A stretch of 63,075 nucleotides of DNA, filler included, from Octopus bimaculoides (GCF_001194135.2; 8 parts of 8 records of this genome joined end to end with filler, not necessarily neighbours in it), one strand, 5' to 3'. Positions 10,751 through 23,089 are shown, counted from the first letter of the whole stretch. The notes: generated by a model not told the origin, from the sequence alone. Numbers and translations: made by a program.

Positions 10751-13700
10751 ACACATATGTCACGTTTTTTTTCCTCATTCTCCATTTAACACCCACTTTT
10801 CCACGCTTGCATGAGTCAGACTAAATTCGGTGAGGCAAACTTTTGCTACCGGAAACCGTTTTTGTTGCCAATATTCACTAGTTTCTGGGCAAGGTAATAT
10901 TTGTTCGTTGATAGACATATCTTTACAGAAGATTAGAACTGAAAGGCATTGCTTGTATGAAGGTGAGGCTCATTTACAACTACCGCGCACTTTCAAGATA
11001 ATGTCACGCAAGTACATGCCTCCATGTGCATGCACACACACACACAGCGTGCGCGCATATACGCATAAATATGTCTGTGTTTATATTTACACCTGTCCTT
11101 TTATGCCACATACGTTAGTGGTTCGATAAATACAGATGGTTAAAATAAGAACTTGTGGTCGATATGTTCCACTAAACTCCTGGAGATGCGTTGTTCCGTG
11201 ATGGCCAGCGTCCAGTGCCAAATACCAGTAAAAGTACAGAAATATATATATCACGCAGAGAAGTCGTGACGAGAAAGAGGAGGTCTTTTTTTAAGGCTTC
11301 AACGAATAAAATAGAGACGTGAATATGTGAATGCACATACGAGGTAGAGAGAAACATATTCATACGCGTGAGTTAAAAAATGATAGGAAACAGGAAGAGA
11401 GAAATCAAGGTTAAAAAAGGGAAGAAAGAAAATTAGAGTTAAAAGAGTGGGAGGAAAGACTATAATGCGGGGCTGGGGCGAAAATCCTAACAGTACACGA
11501 AATAAAAGGAAATACAAATTCAATGAACAAGTCAGATTCAAAAAGTTCTTTTTCCATTTATTAGAAACAGATTCCTGATTACCAAAATATGTAAATTTTG
11601 TAAGAAATACTTTTGAACAATATACATAGTTTACAGCAAGATTTTGACAAGAAGATGCGAGTTAGGTTGGAAAAATAATTGAAGTACTTCAAAGGACTTT
11701 AAAAAAGTTTTGAAACATTTCAAAGGAATTTCACCAACAGGTAGAATAATTTTTAGTAAAATGTAATTATTTCTGTGGCCATATTTCGAAATAAGTGGGG
11801 GGTTTTTTGGGTTTTTTTTTTCAAGTTGAGTAAGTTGCATGGAGATATTTCTCAAAAGTGCACAGGCAGCGAGAGCCACATTGTCCAGAAATAGGGTTTT
11901 ATATAACTGAACATTGTAACGTATCTTAGATATTCCAGTATTATTCCATAATATTCCATAATATATTTCAGTCACTTGACACATTACAATAAAGAAGTAG
12001 TATTTCTTTTATGCGGGTATCTAAAAGAATAGGTAGGTTAGGTGCACCACCTCTTAAAAGTACGTTCCTACAGAACATAATGTTAATTGGGTTCTGCCAA
12101 ATGCACTTCAGTATAGTACACGAAGTTCTTACGTATGTAACACCAGGTAGGCATGAGCAAATTCTGGCGCAATTACTTTGGCGCTGAGAATCGTGAAGAT
12201 CGTGACTATATTTGTTTAGATTAATATCGGAGATGAAATTGATTATAAATAATAGATACAACTATAACTAACTTTCATTGAATTATCTTTAATGGTCTTA
12301 TGGTAGCTGTAAACACTATACCGGATTTTGAAAGGTTTTTGCTATTTCAGGTAGCAAACACGAGCTGCAAGAGAACTGTATAAAAGAATATTACATTTTC
12401 ACAACTGTTTTAGGAGGGGTGTTGTGAAGTGGAATATGCTGTCTTTCTTCGTGGAATCCACTCCATTTCAAGTTGTTGCTGTAATAAGATAATGACGACT
12501 TCGCGTGATGAAATGCGGACTGTACGAAAGTTTGTTATTTATTAATAAATTCATTTATATTCTTTTAAGGACAGTGCCTATCTGTGATCAAGTCTAACAA
12601 TAAATAAACTTTCATGTATACCGATAATAGATCAATTTTAAATCTGAATTTATACTTTTTACAGATACTAGGAATGGCTTTGCTGAATTTATCAAACTGA
12701 AAGTTGCTTATGTTGCAGAAAAGTAACGAAACATCAATGAGTGACTTGTAACTTCAAGAGCGAGTGTAATTCGCAGTCACACAGACACAGAAACAGGCGC
12801 GCGCGCGCACACACACACACATATACATACATGTATATGTGTGTGTGTGTGTCTATATGTATGAATGTATATACGTATATGAGTGTGTGTATGTGTGTAT
12901 AACTATATAACCCTTTCCCATAACAACATGAAATAGCTCATGACCATTCTATAAAATAAAAACTTCCTAGTATTCACAATAATAGTCATATTTTTACATC
13001 TTAAATTCAATACTGAAAGCGTTTGAATCATAGAATCATTGCATATATAAAACTAGTTTCAACCAAATTGCATATTATTGTAAAGTTTGGTCGTACTGAA
13101 AATCGGTAACACGAAACTCGGATGAAGAACTGTGAAAAAAATGATTTTCAGTTATTTTCGTTCTTTTTTTTATACATGCACGCGCATACACATATACACA
13201 CATATTATCTTTGTTGTATTCAATCTTGTCGAAGTGAATTACTTTCAGGTTTGTTACTCAATACATAAAGATGTTGAGTTGTATATTCTTTATTTAAAAC
13301 TTGCTTCAGCGATCGTTTCGACATGCAACGGTATTATCAAGAGACAATTGATAATACCATGTAATCTGAAACGATCGTAGGACAAAATCTTAAATGAAAG
13401 TATATAAACGTTTTGTGTATGCGTGTGCATGAGTGTTTTATGCTTGTGCATGAGAGAGGAAGAGAGAGAGAGAGAGAGATATGGAAGGATAGACAGAGTA
13501 GTGTGAGTGAAAGATTGGAAACAACCGCTTTTTATTTATGTTTTTGAGGAAATTTTACATAATTTTTCGTCCTTTAAGGTATCTTTGTTTTGAAAAATTT
13601 TCTCGACTCCATCGTGGTCTCATCTTTTTGATGAACTGTTTGTTGTTATCATTTTATGTAAACGGTGCCGATGGGATTATTCTGTTGTTTATTATGACAT

Positions 13701-14246
13701 ACCTGCAGGATTGCAACTGCTTACCATTGACAACAGCATTTTTTGAAGAGTCGGAATAACTCAAAGCTAAACATGAGTAAGCCGAACGTGAGGTTAATTT
13801 CAAGCGACCAACAAGTCAGAATGTTGAAAGCTTAAAATACCGAATACTCAATATATCGAATTTGGAAATATTCTGGCGATAAATATAAAAATGAGCTTTA
13901 AAAACAATTTGTTTACAGTTTTAAAAAAAGACTTTATTCCAAAAACATTTTGTAACATATCTAATTTTTTTTTTTTACTATGCTACATTTAAATTAAGCA
14001 TTTTAGAAGAAAAAAACGTCTTAAAAGCGTTTATTTCCTATGTCTACGTATTTACTCTTCTTATTACACTTTATGGGAAGATATGAGAAATAGTCTTAAA
14101 AAGTTATTTCTTAACAGAAATGAAATATATTTGAGCACTTCAAGACACAGCGTTGGGTTAAATGAAAATGCATAATTTCTGTGCTTCTAATACATAGAAA
14201 AAATGAATGAGCTAGTATCCTGGCAGATCGCTTAAANNNNNNNNNN

Positions 14247-14285
<39 letters not shown>

Positions 14286-14340
14286 CTAAAACGAATATAT
14301 ATCTATATATACAAAAATGCAAGGAAGCCGTATTTATATT

Positions 14341-15013
14341 CTACCAAATCCACTCACAAAGCTTTGATAGACCCGGGGCTATAGTAGAAGAAACTTGCCC
14401 AAGGTCTCACGCAATGGGACTGAACCCATAGTATCTTTGTAGCTTTCGATACTGTTTACAATTTTGTTCCAACTGCTTTCAAATTTGGTATATGGATTAA
14501 GTTTTGTATACTAATTATAAAAATAAAATTCATTTTCCCAATAAATCTATAATTATAAAGTTATTAGCCTTTAAAATTTGCAAACTTTGGCTATTTTAGC
14601 CAATCAGAAGTGAGTCTTTTACACATCACAGTGGCGAAAAGCTCTGTTTTGACTGTTATTTCTAGCAACTCCAACTCCATTCGTGTATATTTTAATGTTT
14701 TGACTGTTATTTCTAGCAATGTTTTGACATGCCGATGCCCCACCTCTGATGATGGAAGAGGCAGCGAACGAGCTGTTTTCTGATTAGTTGAAAATTCTGA
14801 AAATTATCAAACTTTGAACATTTATTGCATTTTTGCAAAAAAATTCTGTAATAAATGAATAACAAATTCGGATTCAGGGTCAAAAGTTACATCTATACGA
14901 TACATTAAAAACATTTTCTTTTAAAGAGGCCATAGTAAACAGTGACGAAAACCACAAAGATCCAACCTATAACCATATGGTTGGTAAGCAGGTTTATCAT
15001 CCAGCCACGCCTA
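14341..15013 (-). mobile_element. SINE family A 5' half split by a MITE (pieces 14341-14427 and 14971-15013)
   Basis: ...GGGACTGAACCC | AACCATATGGTTGGTAAGC... are contiguous in intact copies (for example 32668-32700). Confidence 0.75.
14428..14970. mobile_element. Non-autonomous DNA transposon (MITE) with imperfect ~35-bp TIRs
   Basis: Left ATCTTTGTAGCTTTCGATACTGTTTACAA versus reverse-complemented right end ATCTTTGTGGTTTTCGTCACTGTTTACTA. Confidence 0.7.
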
Positions 15014-15047
15014 TATATATATATGTGTATGTATGTGTGTATGTCTG

Positions 15048-15165
15048 TGATCACGTGACCGACCAGGCTTTCAGATGTTGTTACACATCGCTAGTTATAA
15101 TGCGCTTTTGCATTGTTTTAGCCTTCAAATGACGTCACCCCGATAGCAAGGCGAGCAGGCCAACT
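15048..15165 (-). mobile_element. SINE 3' portion of another family (ends ...GGTCGGTCACGTGATCA)
   Basis: Recognised from memory as a common octopus interspersed repeat. There is no second copy in the window to confirm it. Confidence 0.45.
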
Positions 15166-15264
15166 GACGGGAGCAATATGAAATGAACGCGAGTGCAACA
15201 GGCTAACCATTATGTTACGCGCCTTTACGCGCGCGCGCGCACACACACACACACATTCCTTTTT

Positions 15265-15521
15265 TTTTACTTGTTTCAGTCATTTGATTGCGACAATGCT
15301 GGAGCACTAACTTTAGTCGAATAAATCGACCCCAGGATTTATTCTTTGTGAACCTAGTACTTATTTCTATCGTTCTCTTTTGCTGAACCTCCAGGTGACG
15401 GGGACGTAAACACACTAACATCAGTTGTCAAGTGATGGTGTAGCGACAAACATAGACACAAACAACAAACACATACATACATACATACATACATACATAC
15501 ATACATACATACATACATAAT

Positions 15522-15560
<39 letters not shown>

Positions 15561-15728
15561 CATATATATATACGACAGGCTGCTTTCAGTATCCGTCTCC
15601 CAAATCCATTCACAAGGCTTTGGTCGAACCGAGGCCATAGTAGAAGACACTTGCCCAAGGTGCCACGCAGTCGGACTGAACCCGGAATGTAGTTGGGAAG
15701 CAAGCTTCTTACCAAACAGCCACTCCTG
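15265..15728 (-). mobile_element. SINE family A, near full length, with internal (TA)/(CATA)/(CA) microsatellite
   Basis: Both halves match the reverse complement of 48144-48586. Confidence 0.9.
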
Positions 15729-15826
15729 TATATATACATACATATGCATATATAAATATGTGTGTGTGTATGTGTGTGTGTATATATATACACACACATA
15801 TTTCCAAGTAAGTTTATATGAATATA

Positions 15827-15867
<41 letters not shown>

Positions 15868-16341
15868 NNNNNNNNNNNNNNNNNNNNNNNNNNNNNNNNN
15901 NNNNNNNNNNNNNNNNNNNNNNNNNNNNNNNNNNNNNNNNNNNNNNNNNNNNNNNNNNNNNNNNNNNNNNNNNNNNNNNNNNNNNNNNNNNNNNNNNNNN
16001 NNNNNNNNNNNNNNNNNNNNNNNNNNNNNNNNNNNNNNNNNNNNNNNNNNNNNNNNNNNNNNNNNNNNNNNNNNNNNNNNNNNNNNNNNNNNNNNNNNNN
16101 NNNNNNNNNNNNNNNNNNNNNNNNNNNNNNNNNNNNNNNNNNNNNNNNNNNNNNNNNNNNNNNNNNNNNNNNNNNNNNNNNNNNNNNNNNNNNNNNNNNN
16201 NNNNNNNNNNNNNNNNNNNNNNNNNNNNNNNNNNNNNNNNNNNNNNNNNNNNNNNNNNNNNNNNNNNNNNNNNNNNNNNNNNNNNNNNNNNNNNNNNNNN
16301 NNNNNNNNNNNNNNNNNNNNNNNNNNNNNNNNNNNNNNNNN

Positions 16342-17183
16342 ACACATATATATACATATATATGCATGTGTGTGTTTGTATATATATATATATACGTATA
16401 CACTCATACACACATACGTACATGCGCACACGCACATACATACACATACAGATATATATATGCAATTATGTATTCGTATATATAAACGTACAAATATCCG
16501 TTTATACCTCAATATGTATATATATGCATGCATATAGTATATATGCGTAAGTATGTATATCTATATGAATGTATGTATGTGTGTGTGTGTACGTGTGTGA
16601 CTATATGTCTTTGAAGCTGTTCTTTTATATTTCGATTATACATGTGTAAGTATGCTTACGTGTGATTTATGTGGATGCATATTATATTTGCGTTTGTGTG
16701 TGTGAGTGTGTGTGTGTATGTGTGTGTGTGTGATGTGTGATGTGTGCGGTTGTGACATTCAAGGAATGNNNNNNNNNNTATATATATATATATATATAAC
16801 ACACATATGATACGACATATGTGTGTGAGAGGGAAAGTGCGCGTAAAGTTGTGTATGTGTGTACACATATCTACACAGATCATGTGTGAGTGCGTAGTTG
16901 CCCTGCGTTTACAAGCTGCAACATATGGAAGTGTGCCAGTAAATGGCGTATATATCTATTTGTAAGTATGCACACACACACACACACACGCACACACACA
17001 TATATATACATATATATGCATGTGTGTGTTTGTATATATATATATATACGTATACACTCATACACACATACGTACATGCGCACACGCACATACATACACA
17101 TACAGATATATATATGCAATTATGTATTCGTATATATAAACGTACAAATATCCGTTTATACCTCAATATGTATATATATGCAT
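16342..17183. repeat. ~190-bp essentially exact duplication (16342-16529 and 16995-17183), both copies at gap edges
   Basis: Sequences are identical by eye. Confidence 0.85.
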
Positions 17184-17227
17184 NNNNNNNNNNNNNNNNN
17201 NNNNNNNNNNNNNNNNNNNNNNNNNNN

Positions 17228-17239
17228 TTAATTAATTAA
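17228..17239. other. Artificial scaffold spacer TTAATTAATTAA (also at 36503, 40792, 46825, 54403, 56309, 61004)
   Basis: The copies I counted are flanked by 44 N on each side (100 bp total). The 12-mer is palindromic with stops in all six frames. Confidence 0.95.
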
Positions 17240-17369
17240 NNNNNNNNNNNNNNNNNNNNNNNNNNNNNNNNNNNNNNNNNNNNTATATTTAAAATTAATT
17301 GAAAGAAACACAGAGCATCTCAACAGAAATATGCTAACAAAAGAGTTAAAGTCACCATGATATTTTTAA

Positions 17370-17591
17370 CCCTTTTGGTACCAACCTGGCTGAAACCACC
17401 TCTGGCTCGGTGGTACAAATGTCTTGTTTTCAAAAGTTCTGAATTAAAATCTTCCACCAAACCTTAGTCATAATTTATGTTCTTAACATTAGCTTAATGA
17501 TAACTAAGTTATTTTATTAAATTCTTTGTTGTATTTAAAATTAATTGCAAGAAACACAGAGCATCTCAAAATAGATACGGTAACGAAAGGG
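17370..17591. mobile_element. piggyBac-like MITE
   Basis: TTAA|CCCTTTTGGTACC ... GGTAACGAAAGGG|TCAA (TIRs, with a decayed right TSD). A second truncated copy at 17284-17345 ends in TTAA. Confidence 0.8.
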
Positions 17592-17820
17592 TCAAATATT
17601 TTGAGTTAAGCTAAGAAGCAGTGCATGGTACCAGAATTTTTAAGTTGAGTCAAATGTAACAAGCTACTCCAAATCATTGTCAGAGAATCCACATAAATTG
17701 AGGCTAGTTTGTACTGACTTCAAGTCGTATAAATTGTAATAATGAAGTCCGACCAAGTAGTGATATTTTGAAATCATTTAAAATGTACGTTTCGGGTTTG
17801 TGTAATATTAAGTCGAAGGA

Positions 17821-18053
17821 GAAGTTTGTGTGCCGAACTTGTGCCGAACTTGTACCGAATAGTTGTGCCATCAATGTAGAACTTCACTGTGAGCAACTTG
17901 ATCGAGTCTAGGATGCGTTGAGAGAAAAGTACCCAAGAGTTGTTCGTCGAAAATGTGCTTTTTTTCAACAAGACAATGCCAAGCCGCACACTACCAGAAA
18001 GAGCAGCAACAAGATTGAAGAATTGGACGGAGTGGAAGTTCCTGTATTTTCCT
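17821..18053 (+). pseudogene. mariner-family transposase catalytic-domain fragment
   Basis: INVELHCEQLDRV*DALREKYPRVVRRKCAFFQQDNAKPHT...KIEELDGVEVP. The (H/Q)DNA-x-PH motif holds the second catalytic Asp of mariner. In-frame stop present. Confidence 0.85.
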
Positions 18054-18294
18054 GTGTTTCTATGTGTGTTCACCCATGCTGCTGCCATCGTGGTAGTTGC
18101 TGTTGTTGTTACTGTCATCGCGGTCACTGTTCTTGTTGTTATCGTTGTTAGTCATGTTGTCGATGCTGTTGTAGTCATCTGTGAAGTTACTGTACGTGTG
18201 TTTGTGTGTGTGTGTGTGTGTGCGTGTGTGTGTATGGGTTCGCTTCCTATGTTGTTTGTGTCCATGCCCTTTATATAGATATTTTGGTCCAGAT

Positions 18295-18695
18295 AGATGG
18301 ACTATATGTAATCTGAACCTTTCCCCCCTTATTTTTTTTTTTTTTTACGGAATCTCNNNNNNNNNNNNNNNNNNNNNNNNNNNNNNNNNNNNNNNNNNNN
18401 NNAAAAATCTCAATTTCAAAATTTCGATTCCCCCCCCCCCCGGTTTTTATATAGATCCACAGGGTAAACCTAACCCTAACTCAAACCCTAACCCTAAATC
18501 TAACCCTAACACTAGTTTTGTGAGATTTGGCTGTTATTTCTAGCATATAATAGCCTGCTTGGTGGGGGGGGGGGATTGAAATTTTTCAAACAATTTTTTT
18601 TCAGAATCGGAATCTCCATAGCCTAAAACGTGGGATTCCGTAAAAAAAATTAATAAATAAGGTGGGGAAAGGTTCAGATTACATATAGTCCATCT
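18295..18695. mobile_element. MITE/foldback element with ~60-bp TIRs, inner inverted repeats and internal (TAACCC)n
   Basis: AGATGGACTATATGTAATCTGAACCTTTCCCC...TTACGGAATC recurs inverted at 18632-18695. Degenerate TAACCC units at 18465-18510. Confidence 0.85.
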
Positions 18696-18985
18696 CTACC
18701 GATATTTTATTTATATATTCATTTATCTACTTTTTATCTATCTCTGTTATATTTTTTACACATATATATGATAAATATGTTTATTTATTTATTTTTTTTT
18801 ATCTATCTCTATTTTTTTAAATATTTATCCCAATGGAGGAAGGGATGGGACTGAGGGGAAGGTCATAGTGCTACAAAGAGCAATGACACACAGACACACA
18901 TGTATGCGCACTCACAAACACGGATACACAACATAGAAAAACAGAATGAGATAAGTGGAGGAAGAACACACATGGAGAAAGAAAG

Positions 18986-19030
18986 TGTCACTGAAGAGGT
19001 TACAGATGTGTGATGAAAGATTTTCAGACA
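18986..19030 (+). ncRNA. Degenerate minimal hammerhead-like motif, same family as 20141-20185
   Basis: UGUCA-CUGAAGA-G-GUUAC(AGAUGU)GUGAU-GAAAG-AUU-UUC-AGACA. The tail ends AATACAACAG followed by (TA)n. Confidence 0.55.
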
Positions 19031-19137
19031 AACAAGGACATGAGTTAAAATAAGAATACAACAGTATATATATATATATATATACATATATAAGTACATA
19101 TATATATATATATAAGTACATACATATATAAGTATAT

Positions 19138-19217
19138 ATCATCATCATCGTTTAACGTCCACTTTCCATGCTAGCATGGGTTGGATGATTTGACTGAGGA
19201 CTGGTGCAACCGGATGG

Positions 19218-19218
<1 letters not shown>
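19138..19218 (-). mobile_element. RTE-type LINE/SINE 3' end with (GAT)n tail
   Basis: Reverse complement ends GCATGGAAAGTGGACGTTAAACGATGATGATG. Short tandem-repeat tails are typical of RTE-clade elements. Confidence 0.6.
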
Positions 19219-19254
<36 letters not shown>

Positions 19255-19564
19255 TACAAGGTGTAAAGATACTGAAGATTCAGTATACACGACGTAGCAA
19301 AATTATGAGTTGAAAATATGTGTTAAAAAAATATAAAAAGTGGAAGAGAAATGCCTTTGTTTCATATGGTTTAATATCTTTTTATAAATATATACATATT
19401 ATATGGATTTCGTGAAATCCAACCAGTTTTTGCTATTTAAATTAGCTTTTCAAGGGACATTGTACAGTAATCAGTTCTTGTGACAGATGGGGTTTCGTCA
19501 TGTCTGTGCCTATATATGTATATGTGTGTATGTGTATATATGTTATTAGAGTTCTGCTGAACAA

Positions 19565-19618
<54 letters not shown>

Positions 19619-20033
19619 TTGCTCACCAACCCCAGAAACATAAGCATTCCACCCACACCCGCAAGCACACATGTGTACACATACATACATACATACATAC
19701 ATACAAACTAAAAATAATAGTTATAAAAATAATGGTGTTAATGATAATAGCTTTCTTATTGTTGGTGGTGGACATGGTGGGGGTGGGGATTATTTTCAGG
19801 ATTTGGCGGACGGAAAATGAAAGAAGCCGGAACCTTTATCCTCTGTTGACTTTTTGACCAATTGACTGCAACAACTTTCCACCTCCGGGAGACCAAGAGT
19901 TGAATTTGTCTTTGTACAATATCTGATGAGCTGTCCCACAAAGTTGTAGCTTTCGTGGATGTGAAACCATTGGTCCCTCTATGACCAGACTTCAACTTTA
20001 TTGCTTTCATATATATACATATATATATATATA

Positions 20034-20265
20034 TTGTTGTATTTGGGGATGGTCATGTTGCCAGTTTAGCCAATAAAAACACACGCACTATATATTCGGT
20101 GTTAATTTGCTTCAGCTTTATATTACATTAATTGTATTTCGGCCAGAGTTCTTTCGTCACACTTCTGTGACCTCATCAGTGGTCCTTTGCTTTCTTCTTT
20201 CTTATATGTGTGTCCCTCCTTGCTAACGATCAGCCATTTTGTATATAAGATATATAAACTGAATA
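20034..20265 (-). mobile_element. ~230-bp non-coding hammerhead-bearing element between (TA)n tracts (solo PLE terminus or retrozyme-like)
   Basis: (TA)n on both sides (20009-20033 and 20263-20275). Contains the motif at 20141-20185. Confidence 0.6.
20141..20185 (-). ncRNA. Minimal type I hammerhead ribozyme with canonical core
   Basis: GGACCA-CUGAUGA-G-GUCAC(AGAAGU)GUGAC-GAAAG-AA-CUC-UGGCC. Intact CUGAUGA/GAAA/UH core, perfect 5-bp stem II, stem I CCA/UGG. Confidence 0.8.
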
Positions 20266-21055
20266 TATATATATANNNNNNNNNNNNNNNNNNNNNNNNN
20301 NNNNNNNNNNNNNNNNNNNNNNNNNNNNNNNNNNNNNNNNNNNNNNNNNNNNNNNNNNNNNNNNNNNNNNNNNNNNNNNNNNNNNNNNNNNNNNNNNNNN
20401 NNNNNNNNNNNNNNNNNNNNNNNNNNNNNNNNNNNNNNNNNNNNNNNNNNNNNNNNNNNNNNNNNNNNNNNNNNNNNNNNNNNNNNNNNNNNNNNNNNNN
20501 NNNNNNNNNNNNNNNNNNNNNNNNNNNNNNNNNNNNNNNNNNNNNNNNNNNNNNNNNNNNNNNNNNNNNNNNNNNNNNNNNNNNNNNNNNNNNNNNNNNN
20601 NNNNNNNNNNNNNNNNNNNNNNNNNNNNNNNNNNNNNNNNNNNNNNNNNNNNNNNNNNNNNNNNNNNNNNNNNNNNNNNNNNNNNNNNNNNNNNNNNNNN
20701 NNNNNNNNNNNNNNNNNNNNNNNNNNNNNNNNNNNNNNNNNNNNNNNNNNNNNNNNNNNNNNNNNNNNNNNNNNNNNNNNNNNNNNNNNNNNNNNNNNNN
20801 NNNNNNNNNNNNNNNNNNNNNNNNNNNNNNNNNNNNNNNNNNNNNNNNNNNNNNNNNNNNNNNNNNNNNNNNNNNNNNNNNNNNNNNNNNNNNNNNNNNN
20901 NNNNNNNNNNNNNNNNNNNNNNNNNNNNNNNNNNNNNNNNNNNNNNNNNNNNNNNNNNNNNNNNNNNNNNNNNNNNNNNNNNNNNNNNNNNNNNNNNNNN
21001 NNNNNNNNNNNNNNNNNNNNNNNNNNNNNNNNNNNNNNNNNNNNNNNNNNNNNNN

Positions 21056-21258
21056 ACCTCGGCGGAACTTGAACTCAGAACATAAAGACAGACGAAATAC
21101 CGCTAAGCATCGACCCCAGTGCATAGCTGGTACTTAATTTATCGACCCCCCGAAAGGATGAAAGGCAAAGTCGACCTCGGCGGAACTTGAACTCAGAACA
21201 TAAAGACAGACGAAATACCGCTAAGCATTTCGTCCGGCATGCTAACGATTCTGCTAGG
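21056..21258 (-). mobile_element. SINE family B tandem (55-bp exact repeat 21056-21110 and about 21175-21228) at a gap edge
   Basis: Matches the reverse complement of the family B copy at 49608. Confidence 0.85.
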
Positions 21259-21420
21259 TTATTAAATTCTATAAACCAAAATATTCTACAAGTTTTGGAA
21301 AGTTCCATGAAGAACAGAGGTGATTTTAAAATATACGACAATAAACATCGTTTCACCAATTTCTCACTACTCACTTCTTTTATTGGTATGTGTGCGTGTG
21401 CATGCGTGTGTGCGTGTGAA

Positions 21421-21620
21421 GGCACGATACAATGTGGTTAGGGTGTTGCACTCCCGATTGCAGTACCCGAGGCTGGGTACTGCATTGTGTTCTCCAGCAA
21501 AACTTTCCATTTCACATTGCCCCAGTGCACTTGCTGTAAACGAGTAACCCCGAGGAGAACTTGCATTCCATCCAGGGGGAATGTCATCATCTCAAACGCT
21601 TATCTACGATGGACAAACAC
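21421..21620 (+). mobile_element. tRNA-derived SINE (family D-like), degenerate
   Basis: A-box-like TGTGGTTAGGGTG, then TTCTCCAGCAAAACTTT...TTGCATTCCATCCAGGGGGA. Confidence 0.55.
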
Positions 21621-21629
21621 TGACACAAA

Positions 21630-21689
<60 letters not shown>

Positions 21690-21704
21690 AACATATATAT
21701 ACAT

Positions 21705-21825
21705 GAAGGGCTTCTTTCAGTTTCTGTCTACCAAATCCACTCACAAGGCTTTGCTCGGCCCAAAGCTACAGTAGAAGACACTTGCACAAGGTACCACGTA
21801 GGCCACACCCATGCCTATAAGCCAT
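21705..21825 (-). mobile_element. SINE family A 5' half with internal deletion
   Basis: CTACCAAATCCACTCACAAGGCTTTG...GTAGAAGACACTTG. Confidence 0.8.
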
Positions 21826-21831
21826 GCTTAT

Positions 21832-21862
<31 letters not shown>

Positions 21863-22530
21863 CATATACATATATATATATATATATGTGTGTGTGTGTA
21901 TGTATGTGTGTGTGTGTGTGCGTGTACATATACATGCATACTCTATAGCTAGATATATTCAGATACTCATATAGTTATATGTGTATGTGAGTGTGTATAT
22001 GTGTGTGTATTATATATGTATATACACACACATACACAAATATGTATATATATATATATACATATACACATACATAGACAGTATATACATCCCAGACATA
22101 TCCAGATATATATATGCATGCACAATATGCAAGAAGCAGACGTGACAAGATGCATAAGTGAAATTTCAAATTGCACACACACACACACACACATATGCAC
22201 ACGCACTCACACACAAACGTATGCACATGCACACACACGCACACACACATGCACATGCATACATGTGCACTCCATCCTGTATGAAACCACACTAAAAAGA
22301 AACAAGCCGTCAGCATCATCATCCCCCCATCACCATCACCATCACCATCACCAATGGTCATTATCACCCTCGTCAGCACGGTCGTTATCACTATCACCAC
22401 CACCACCACCATCGTTGTCATCGCTGTCATCGTCATCGCTGTCGTCCGTCGCTGTGGCAACAAATTTCGGTTTCATGCCTTTGCATTCTGCTAGCTCCAT
22501 AATTGGATGCTGGAGACGACGGCTGTCAGA

Positions 22531-22598
22531 GAATGGCATGGCATGGAATGGAATGGTATGGAATGGTATGGAATGGTATGGAATGGTATGGAATGGTA
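22531..22598 (+). repeat. Pentameric (GGAAT/GGTAT/GGCAT)n satellite-like repeat with 10-bp period
   Basis: GGAATGGTAT repeated about 5 times. Confidence 0.9.
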
Positions 22599-22826
22599 CA
22601 CAGTAAGGTGTGGCAGAGGAGAGGGAGACAGGGAGAGAGAGGGGGAGGGGGGGGAGGAAATAGCAGAAGAAGCATAGCAATTCCATGGAAATCTTGCAGA
22701 GGAGCGCAGGAAAGATTTGTTCTACTTTCATAGCAGCAGCAGCCCTGATATTCATGTGTAAACATTGCCTGCGCTTAAGTAAACGTACGGTTTGCTTGCT
22801 GTTTGTGGCTTGGGGTTTGCTTTCGG

Positions 22827-22859
<33 letters not shown>

Positions 22860-22911
22860 GGGGAGTGGTAGTTTTTATTCAGCATTGCTTTGCCTAGTGA
22901 AGGACATAGTG

Positions 22912-22955
<44 letters not shown>

Positions 22956-23053
22956 CACTAACAGAAGAATCACATGCATGCACATGCACACACATACGTA
23001 TATGTGCATACACACACACACACACACACACATGTATATGTGCATACACACAA

Positions 23054-23089
<36 letters not shown>

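Noticed and set aside
11631-11984. ORF with YGIL...LAACALLRN, faintly like a PIF/Harbinger transposase C-terminus
   Set aside because: The expected upstream motifs were not found in any frame. Too weak without an HMM search.
12505-12533. GUGAUGA...GAAAG hammerhead-like spacing
   Set aside because: Stem II is poorly closed, and there is no NUH site followed by a pairing stem I.
16342-17183. Exact 190-bp duplication
   Set aside because: Identical copies that both end at gaps are most simply an assembly overlap artefact.
18465-18510. TAACCC repeats as a true or fused telomere
   Set aside because: Short, degenerate and internal to a TIR element.
19923-19970. CTGATGAG core-like motif
   Set aside because: No stem II immediately followed by GAAA, and no stem I.
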